A stretch of 57,410 bases of DNA from Patescibacteria group bacterium (GTDB lineage Bacteria; Patescibacteriota; Patescibacteriia; UBA9934), in NCBI GenBank assembly GCA_041660165.1, contig JBAZWW010000007.1, positions 1 through 57,410 on the forward strand, written 5' to 3'. Positions 51,761-57,410 of this stretch are shown in pieces (the first letter of the stretch is position 1; each line of letters starts with the position of its first letter). The notes under the pieces were generated by a model, which had not been told where the DNA came from, ran no database searches, and saw only the letters and a list, made by a program, of their open reading frames with translations. The translations under genes and the position numbers were made by a program.

Positions 51761-53155
51761 CTACGCTAGCTTAATATTGGCTTCCTTTAGCGCTTTTTCT
51801 GAGACAAGTGACGGGGCGCCAAGCATCAGATCACGAGCATTGCCGTCCTTAGGGAAAGCAATAACTTCGCGGATGTTCGGTTCATTCGCCAAGATCATCA
51901 CAATGCGGTCAATGCCCGGGGCAATGCCTCCGTGAGGCGGAGCACCGAACTCAAAAGCCTCAAGCATGTGGCCAAATCGGCGCTGAATGTTTTCCTCATC
52001 CATGCCCATGATTTCAAGCACTTTTCTCAGCGCCTCTGCCTTATGGTTGCGGATACTGCCTCCGCCGGCTTCATACCCGTTCAGTACAATGTCATACTGC
52101 GTCGTCAAAATCTCGGCAATATTCTCTTTCTTCATGAGGGACTCCATGAACTCCGGCTTTGGCGCAGAGAATGGGTTGTGAGTAAACGTCCACCCGCCGT
52201 CTTCCGTCCTCTCAAAGAATGGGAAGTCGAGCACCCAACAGAACGCAAGCAGGTTCGGATCATTCTTGTCCTCGCGCAAATCCGGCTTATCAACTCCATA
52301 CTTCTCCATTGCCTCTTTGTAGGATAGTCGAGGAAAAGGAATCTGCTGAATGCGCTTTTCTGGCGTGCATGTCTTCACCATGTCGATCATCAATCCCTCA
52401 ATGAGCTGAAGGATGTCCTCGCGCTCAACAAATGACGCTTCAAGGTCAAGTTGCGTGAAGTCCGGCTGGCGGTCTCCGCGCTGGTCTTCATCGCGGAAAC
52501 AGCGCGCAATCTGAAAGTAGCGTTCCACGCCGGCCACCATGAGTAATTGCTTGAACTGTTGCGGGGATTGCGGAAGCGCGTAAAACGTTCCCGGATGCAA
52601 ACGCGAAGGCACAATAAATTCACGCGCGCCCGTCTCACCGGTGCTCTTGGTCAGCATCGGCGTCTCTACTTCAACGAACCCTTTGTCATGCAAATATCCG
52701 CGGAAAAAGTTCGTTACCTTATCGCGCAAACGCATGTTCTTCTGCATGCGTTCACTCCGAAGATCGAGATATCGATAGCGTAGTCTGGTTTCTTCGCCCA
52801 CCGGACTAGTGTCCGTGTTGATCTCAAACGGCGGAGTCTTGGCTTCATTGAGTACCTTAACTGACTTCGCTAAGAGCTCAACCGTGCCGGTTTTCAGCTT
52901 ATCGTTTATCTGTTTGGCGCCACGGGCCTGCACCACGCCTTCAATCTCAATCACCCACTCTGGCCGAACCTTATTCGCAAGTTCAGCGGATTCGCCAACC
53001 TCAGAAGGAACGACAACGATTTGGAGCAAGCCATCCTTATCCCGCAGGTCAAAAAACGCCACTTTGCCCATATCTCGTCTGGCGTGAACCCAACCAGCCA
53101 CCTTCACTGTCTCCCCCACCTTCCCGACCGTTTCTGACGTAAATATTCTTTGCAT
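51761..53155 (-). CDS. aspS: aspartyl-tRNA synthetase, bacterial-type core lacking the GAD insertion domain (464 aa)
   Basis: OB fold [74 protein letters not shown]. Only about 13 aa separate DKPDLR from WVLDFP. Confidence 0.9.
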   Translation of the reverse strand: MQRIFTSETVGKVGETVKVAGWVHARRDMGKVAFFDLRDKDGLLQIVVVPSEVGESAELANKVRPEWVIEIEGVVQARGAKQINDKLKTGTVELLAKSVKVLNEAKTPPFEINTDTSPVGEETRLRYRYLDLRSERMQKNMRLRDKVTNFFRGYLHDKGFVEVETPMLTKSTGETGAREFIVPSRLHPGTFYALPQSPQQFKQLLMVAGVERYFQIARCFRDEDQRGDRQPDFTQLDLEASFVEREDILQLIEGLMIDMVKTCTPEKRIQQIPFPRLSYKEAMEKYGVDKPDLREDKNDPNLLAFCWVLDFPFFERTEDGGWTFTHNPFSAPKPEFMESLMKKENIAEILTTQYDIVLNGYEAGGGSIRNHKAEALRKVLEIMGMDEENIQRRFGHMLEAFEFGAPPHGGIAPGIDRIVMILANEPNIREVIAFPKDGNARDLMLGAPSLVSEKALKEANIKLA

Positions 53156-53190
53156 ATATTGAACCGTTAATGTGTCTGGACGGGGCCATC

Positions 53191-53305
53191 GGAATGTTGC
53201 TGGCGACAGCTCGGAATCGCAATTTTTGGGAGGTCGATTTCCATCGTATTTTCAGAAATAGTTCGACCGACCGAAATTGCCCGAGCCAAGCCAGCAACAT
53301 CCCGC
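53191..53305 (+). repeat. core-hairpin element D (115 nt) inside the aspS 5' leader
   Basis: Outer arms CGGAATGTTGCTGGC / GCCAGCAACATCCCG, then GCTCGG/CCGAGC, GCAATTT/AAATTGC, then TT-GGGAGG-TCGA...TCGA-CCGACC-G. This is the same GGGAGG/CCGACC helix as elements A-C. Confidence 0.75.
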
Positions 53306-53321
53306 TGGCCTATAAAAACGA

Positions 53322-53456
53322 AATAAAAACTCGCCCTCACATCACAATCCACTTAAGAATTATGTGCTAAGGGCGAATTTCTCCGCGGTGCCACCTTGCT
53401 TTGTACTTTTATCTTCAGTTTTTGCACAACGCGGTTGTCAGGCGCGTCCAACTACC
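53322..53456 (-). promoter_or_regulatory. T-box riboswitch leader (Asp specifier) with terminator/antiterminator
   Basis: On the minus strand: T-box sequence AGCAAGGUGGCACCGCGG (53384..53396 core). Antiterminator AAGG[UGGCACC]GCG-loop-CGC-CCUU. Competing terminator UCGCCCU...AGGGCGA + UUUUUAUUU (53322..53377). Short hairpin ACGCG-CCUGACAAC-CGCGU presents GAC followed by A (codon at 53438..53440). Confidence 0.8.
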
Positions 53457-53462
53457 CAAAGA

Positions 53463-53490
53463 CCATAGCGCAACCAGAAAAGTTGTCAAG
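53463..53490 (-). promoter_or_regulatory. candidate aspS leader promoter: -35 TTGACA (53485..53490), 16-nt spacer, -10 TATGGT (53463..53468)
   Basis: Read on the minus strand. Confidence 0.4.
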
Positions 53491-53563
53491 GTGGATAAAC
53501 CCTATTGCTTCCGCGGGGATGCGTGATATTTTAAAATGGTCCCCCAGACACAGGAGTTAGACC

Positions 53564-53920
53564 TTGTCAGACCTCTCCCCTCAACAGGCCTCCCCGGCCA
53601 CCGCCACCGTCGCCAACCCCGAAAACGTCGGAGGGTACACAGAGGAAGAGCTCGGTCAGATCGAGAAGCTGAAGGGAATCGTGGAGATCGCCCTCGCGGC
53701 CGGCCGGGCAATCATCCTCGGATCAAGCGACGAAAAGGATCAGCTCGCGCTCAAAACGCTCACGGACAAAGGGGTCTTGAACGGCCTCATGTCAAATGAC
53801 GAAAAACGGCGCGTGCTGGACAAAATCCGCCGGATCGCTCAAGGCGTCCTGAACGGAGTCGCCATCAAACGCCGAAAGGACTTTGAGCTCCTCTACCGCG
53901 CCCTGCGCGAAACAACGTAG
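53564..53920 (+). CDS. hypothetical protein (118 aa)
   Basis: Lone plus-strand ORF in a GC-rich patch. Helical, no family recognised. Confidence 0.4.
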   Translation: MSDLSPQQASPATATVANPENVGGYTEEELGQIEKLKGIVEIALAAGRAIILGSSDEKDQLALKTLTDKGVLNGLMSNDEKRRVLDKIRRIAQGVLNGVAIKRRKDFELLYRALRETT

Positions 53921-53971
53921 CCAGTCCCCGGGCGCCAAGCCATCCGTGGCACAGCGCGCGGGTCCTGCCGT

Positions 53972-54006
53972 AAACCGCTCTCTCCGCGCACGGGGACGAG
54001 CGGTTT
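53972..54006. terminator. hairpin AAACCGCTC-N17-GAGCGGTTT between convergent genes
   Basis: 9-bp stem read directly. Weak T-tract. Confidence 0.4.
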
Positions 54007-54012
54007 CGTCAT

Positions 54013-54813
54013 TTAGGACGCAGAAACCGCACCGGGCACGCTCGGCAACAAATGCCAATAACAAACCTCTTCGCCATAGCCAGGAACATGATGGCGCATC
54101 AAATCATTCACGCACATGGCAAATGCTCCCACGTGGTCTGATCTAAGCGCTGGCCGTAAATAATCCGCGTATGAAGCATCACGAGCAAAGCGCATAAGCG
54201 TAATAATTTCTTCTTCAAGCGCCCGCGCCGCCACCCACTCGCTCGGCGTGGCCAGCACACAGTTTGTACACACCAGCCCTCCATGCCCGTCATGCCAGCG
54301 GAATGACAACGGCAGAATATCGCCCTTGCAGGCAAGACACCTGGAAAGTTCGATCTCATAACCCAACATTGAAAGCAACCGGAGCAGAAATCCACCGAGC
54401 ACAAAGGTGGTCCGCGCCGGGGTGAGGGTGGAGGTGTCATTTAAAAATTGAAGGAGCAGCCGATACTCGGTGTAAAGTTCAAAATCTTCTAGCTCTGGTC
54501 GAACGATCTTGTCGAGTAAGGCCGAGGCCGCACCGGCCAAAATACGGTGGTCGAAAGACTCAGACAGTTCGCGAAAAGCATGCTTGCGTTCAGCACCAAT
54601 GACCGTCATTCCGCGCGCGCCTTTAATAATCTCAAGATCAATAATCGCGAACGGGTCAAGATGCGGACCCACTTTCGCTTTTCCCTTCCTGGCGCCTCGG
54701 CCAATGAACTCAATCTTCCCAAGGGCGGGCGTCAGCGCTGAATACCGACGGTCGGCCTCCCTGAAATGGCCGACTGAGAGAATGATGCCTTCGGTTTTAA
54801 GCGAGGACCACAT
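54013..54813 (-). CDS. recO: DNA repair protein RecO
   Basis: N-terminal OB LKTEGIILSVGHFREADRRYSALTPALGKIEFIGRGARK. Zinc motif CLAC...CTNC. Confidence 0.88.
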   Translation of the reverse strand: MWSSLKTEGIILSVGHFREADRRYSALTPALGKIEFIGRGARKGKAKVGPHLDPFAIIDLEIIKGARGMTVIGAERKHAFRELSESFDHRILAGAASALLDKIVRPELEDFELYTEYRLLLQFLNDTSTLTPARTTFVLGGFLLRLLSMLGYEIELSRCLACKGDILPLSFRWHDGHGGLVCTNCVLATPSEWVAARALEEEIITLMRFARDASYADYLRPALRSDHVGAFAMCVNDLMRHHVPGYGEEVCYWHLLPSVPGAVSAS

Positions 54814-54814
54814 A

Positions 54815-55207
54815 CTACGAGTTGATCATGGGACCTTCGTCAAAAAATGCCTGCAAAATAAGCATAGCAGCCAAGGCATCTTCTTTTGCCTCAGCGCCAG
54901 ATTCCCTTCTAACCTTCCCGGCCTCGGTAGATGAGAACTGCTCGTCAACTACTGAAACTTTAAGCCCTGAGCGTTCTCTAAGCGCTTGAATAAAAGCGCC
55001 TGTGCGCTCAAATTGTTTGTCGCTCTGGTGCGCCTCTGGAACCGGCAAGCCAACCACCAGCGCATCTATATTCTCATTCTTGATGATAGAGCAGACCTCA
55101 TCGAGCCCTCCGTAAACCACGCCGAATGGAACCGCTACACGCGCGCCGTCATCGCCGAGTGCCAGCCCGATCTTGCGCTGGCCAAAATCTACGCCAAGGT
55201 ACTTCAC
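54815..55207 (-). CDS. ruvX: Holliday-junction resolvase-like RuvX/YqgF
   Basis: MKYLGVDFGQRKIGLALGD, VVGLPV. Confidence 0.9.
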   Translation of the reverse strand: MKYLGVDFGQRKIGLALGDDGARVAVPFGVVYGGLDEVCSIIKNENIDALVVGLPVPEAHQSDKQFERTGAFIQALRERSGLKVSVVDEQFSSTEAGKVRRESGAEAKEDALAAMLILQAFFDEGPMINS

Positions 55208-55653
55208 AGGGGCGTGATGAAATGTGCTTTGATCGAGATTCCATTAGACATTACCGGCAAATCAATGCCGGGGTCATAGGCCTGGTTGCCGTCATCCTTA
55301 AAAATGAGGCCGAAGAATTGGTCGTTAGCCTGGAGTGGAGTGGCCAAGTGAATCACGAGATCATGGTAGTCTCCAGCCTGCAGATACTCCGACTGGCCAA
55401 CAATAGGGCCAGGTGCCTGGCCAATCGCCTCATGAAAAACAATGAAACCTGGGACCTTCAAACTCGCGTTCACATGAACCTCGCTGAGTTTTTCTTTATC
55501 GGTGATCGAGTCTACGGCGAGTGCACTGCCCGTCGCTTCAACTGGCCCGTAGGCAACCGGTCCGGCGCTTGGCGCAAAAAAGAAAAAGACAGCCACCACC
55601 ACAATGATTACCGCCAGAATAATCAGCCCGCCCCAGTCTTCTTTTTTAAGCAT
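55204..55653 (-). CDS. hypothetical membrane-anchored protein (149 aa)
   Basis: N-terminal TM helix (LIILAVIIVVVAVFFFF) followed by a beta-rich domain. 4-nt overlap with ruvX. Confidence 0.55.
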   Translation of the reverse strand: MLKKEDWGGLIILAVIIVVVAVFFFFAPSAGPVAYGPVEATGSALAVDSITDKEKLSEVHVNASLKVPGFIVFHEAIGQAPGPIVGQSEYLQAGDYHDLVIHLATPLQANDQFFGLIFKDDGNQAYDPGIDLPVMSNGISIKAHFITPL

Positions 55654-55852
55654 ACTTTTTCAACTGTTCGCGAATATACTCCGTATCTTCTTCATCAAGC
55701 GTTTCGTAATCTACAAAGAAGTCGAACGTCCCTACCCGCACCTCATACCCGCCATCGTAGGTGTTTTCTGTGACATAGACAACCTCCTTGATCCCCATGC
55801 CTTTCACTGTCTGACGAATAAACTCCTCGTGCGCTTGGGCATGCTCGTGCAT
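55646..55852 (-). CDS. hypothetical small acidic protein (68 aa)
   Basis: ORF tightly packed between map and the next gene. No family recognised. Confidence 0.45.
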   Translation of the reverse strand: MHEHAQAHEEFIRQTVKGMGIKEVVYVTENTYDGGYEVRVGTFDFFVDYETLDEEDTEYIREQLKKYA

Positions 55853-55853
55853 A

Positions 55854-56636
55854 CTAAATGTTGACCTTCGGCTCTGGCGTCAAAATCTCCGGACCGTCAG
55901 GCAAGAGCGCAACAGTCACCTCAAAATGCGCAGCCATAGATGAATCCTCGGTCACAATAGTCCAGCCGTCCTTAGCCGTCACCACCTCATCGGTCCCAAG
56001 AGTAACCATCGGTTCAATGGCGAGACACATGCCCTCCTTCAAATCCACCTTCCCAAAACTTTTATTCACGTAGTTCGGCACGTGCGGAGACTCATGCACC
56101 GCATGGCCAACGCCATGACCCACGAGCGCCTTCACAATGCCATACTTTTTCTGGTTCACGGCACCTTCGGTAGCCTCGCTAATGTCGCGCACAACACCGC
56201 CTACTTTGGCCGCCCGAACCCCGGCGCGCATAGCTTCCCTGGTAACCCGCATAAGCTCCATCAAGTCCGGCGAGACCTTACCCACAGGCACCGTCACCGC
56301 CATGTCTGTGCACAATTCCTTATACCAGCAACCAATATCGAGCCCGACAATATCGCCTTCGTTCAACACAATATCGCGCGAACCAACTCCATGAACCACC
56401 TCTTCATTCACCGAAATACAAACGGTCGAGGGAAAGGGAATCTTGTTCCCGCCCTTATAGCCCAAAAATGACGGCTTACCACCACCCTCTTCGATCACTG
56501 TTCTGGCAATATCATCGAGTACACGCATCGTCACTCCCGGCTTTATCGCGTCAACCGCCGCCTGAAGAGCTCTCGACAACAACGCTCCGCCTTCTCTCAT
56601 TGCTTGAATTTCCTCACTCGTCTTTATCAGGGCCAT
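55854..56636 (-). CDS. map: type I methionine aminopeptidase
   Basis: Start MALIKTSEEIQAMREG. Metal ligands in DIGCWY..., GHGVGHAVHE, EPM. The ORF-track GTG start at 56702 lies inside hairpin C and is rejected. Confidence 0.92.
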   Translation of the reverse strand: MALIKTSEEIQAMREGGALLSRALQAAVDAIKPGVTMRVLDDIARTVIEEGGGKPSFLGYKGGNKIPFPSTVCISVNEEVVHGVGSRDIVLNEGDIVGLDIGCWYKELCTDMAVTVPVGKVSPDLMELMRVTREAMRAGVRAAKVGGVVRDISEATEGAVNQKKYGIVKALVGHGVGHAVHESPHVPNYVNKSFGKVDLKEGMCLAIEPMVTLGTDEVVTAKDGWTIVTEDSSMAAHFEVTVALLPDGPEILTPEPKVNI

Positions 56637-56654
56637 AGTGTGTATTGATCTTGA

Positions 56655-56729
56655 GGCGCAAATGATGTATTTGAAAAATTTGTTGGGAGGTACTCCGACC
56701 ACAAATTTTGAGAATACATCATTTGCGCC
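56655..56729 (+). repeat. core-hairpin element C (75 nt): third unrelated outer stem, 36-nt core at 56674..56709 identical to element B
   Basis: GGCGCAAATGATGTATTTG-AAAAATTTGTTGGGAGGTACTCCGACCACAAATTTT-GAGAATACATCATTTGCGCC. Its last base is shared with the adk stop codon. Confidence 0.9.
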
Positions 56730-57280
56730 TATAACACGAACAGCTTCTGGATTCTCTCAGCCACCTCGTCAATGGTCCCCATCCCGTCTACCTCGCGCAC
56801 AATCCCTTGCTTCCGGTATTCTTCAATGATCGGCACTGTATCGGTAGAATAAATCGTCAATCTCTTCTCAATCACCTCCGGCGTGTCATCTGTTCGCCCC
56901 TCTAGAACGGCTCGCTTTTCTAGGCGAGCTCTGGACTCTCGCCTGGGGATATCAATCACGATGACTGCCGTCGGCTGTTCAAAGCCTGAAAAAGCCCGCA
57001 TCTGTTCAAAGTTCCGCGGGAACCCGTCCAAGATGTACCCGTCCGCAACGTCTGGCTGCATGAGGCGCTTTCTTAGCACTGCCTCAGCTATAACATCAGA
57101 CACCAGATTCCCCGTCTCAACAACGGAGCGAACCTGTTGCGCCAATTCCCCCTCCCCTTTTGCCTCTTCACGGAGCAAATGTCCCATGGACAGGTAGGGT
57201 ATCCCAAGAAACTCTGAGAGTTTGGCTGCCTGCGTCCCCTTCCCGCACCCCTGAGGCCCTAAAATAAGTATTCTATGCAT
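56729..57280 (-). CDS. adk: adenylate kinase (short-LID form, 183 aa)
   Basis: P-loop GPQGCGKGTQA, ILDGFPR. LID reduced to LEGRTDDTPEVIEKRL, with no Cys4 or long insert. Confidence 0.92.
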   Translation of the reverse strand: MHRILILGPQGCGKGTQAAKLSEFLGIPYLSMGHLLREEAKGEGELAQQVRSVVETGNLVSDVIAEAVLRKRLMQPDVADGYILDGFPRNFEQMRAFSGFEQPTAVIVIDIPRRESRARLEKRAVLEGRTDDTPEVIEKRLTIYSTDTVPIIEEYRKQGIVREVDGMGTIDEVAERIQKLFVL

Positions 57281-57410
57281 AAGTAGAATTCATCGTGGGT
57301 TACCCACGGAAACGTGCTAATATTAGTGTAATCGACAGACGGAAGTCTGACACTAATTTTTTCACATTTCTATGGACAATCAACTCGGATACGAGGAACG
57401 AGTTAAGAAA

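Noticed and set aside
56637-56702. GTG-initiated 22-codon extension of map
   Set aside because: The start codon lies inside the conserved core of hairpin element C. The MALIKTSEEI start matches type I MetAP.
1-57410. Alternative genetic code (UGA recoding, as in some candidate phyla)
   Set aside because: TGA, TAA and TAG each terminate conserved genes at family-typical lengths. Examples are the TGA of the 796-aa gene in an ATGA overlap, the TAA of NUDIX and topA, and the TAG of adk. No conserved gene is broken by in-frame stops.
1-57410. Prophage, transposon or integrative element
   Set aside because: No integrase, transposase, recombinase, or phage structural or replication genes were recognised anywhere in the window. 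Only the tRNA-Asp 3'-end duplication hints at past integration.

Overview
57.4-kb chromosomal window from a compact, tightly packed bacterial genome. Many genes are separated by 1-20 nt or share 4-nt overlaps. The standard genetic code applies: TGA, TAA and TAG each end conserved genes where expected.

I call about 60 protein genes and five tRNAs (Asp-GTC, Val-CAC, Leu-CAA, initiator Met-CAT and a second CAT tRNA). I found no rRNA, CRISPR array, transposase or integrase.

Housekeeping content:
- Cell division: ftsA-ftsZ.
- Segregation: parA-parB, scpA-scpB.
- Translation: hisS, aspS, pth, der, hflX, rpsU, map, adk.
- DNA transactions: dprA-topA, recO, ruvX, nrdR.
- Envelope: lepB, LCP, PBP5-like, dgkA.
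- Other: a short Rel, pyk, yebC.

Several proteins are domain-minimised: AspRS lacks the GAD insertion, Rel ends after TGS, Adk has a short LID, and TopA has no zinc ribbons. Two surface proteins begin with a TrbC/VirB2-like pilin hairpin. From this I infer, but cannot prove, a CPR/Patescibacteria-type small-genome organism.

Non-routine content:
1. A 13.8-kb co-directional surface locus (9301..23060). It holds three tandem membrane-anchored proteins with thrombospondin-type-3 Ca-binding repeats, a 3161-aa multidomain giant protein and a 586-aa paralog. The last two share the pilin-like N-terminal module.
2. A dispersed family of 75-120-nt intergenic hairpins built around a conserved core. Two copies share an identical 36-nt core, yet every copy has an unrelated outer stem (34340..34508, 53191..53305, 56655..56729, possibly 44546..44667).
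3. A compact T-box leader upstream of aspS. Its GAC specifier and UGGC bulge match the tRNA-Asp encoded in this same window.
4. An orphan, translationally coupled three-gene operon (36840..40563) with no recognisable domains.
5. A small accessory islet around rpsU, with an HTH-Fic gene and an AbiEii-type nucleotidyltransferase plus an overlapping small ORF.
6. An NDT-like / NUDIX / NDT-like trio riding behind aspS.
7. Two candidate structured RNAs and an att-like duplicated tRNA-Asp 3' end.

All coordinates for RNA and hairpin features were hand-derived and may be off by 1-2 nt.
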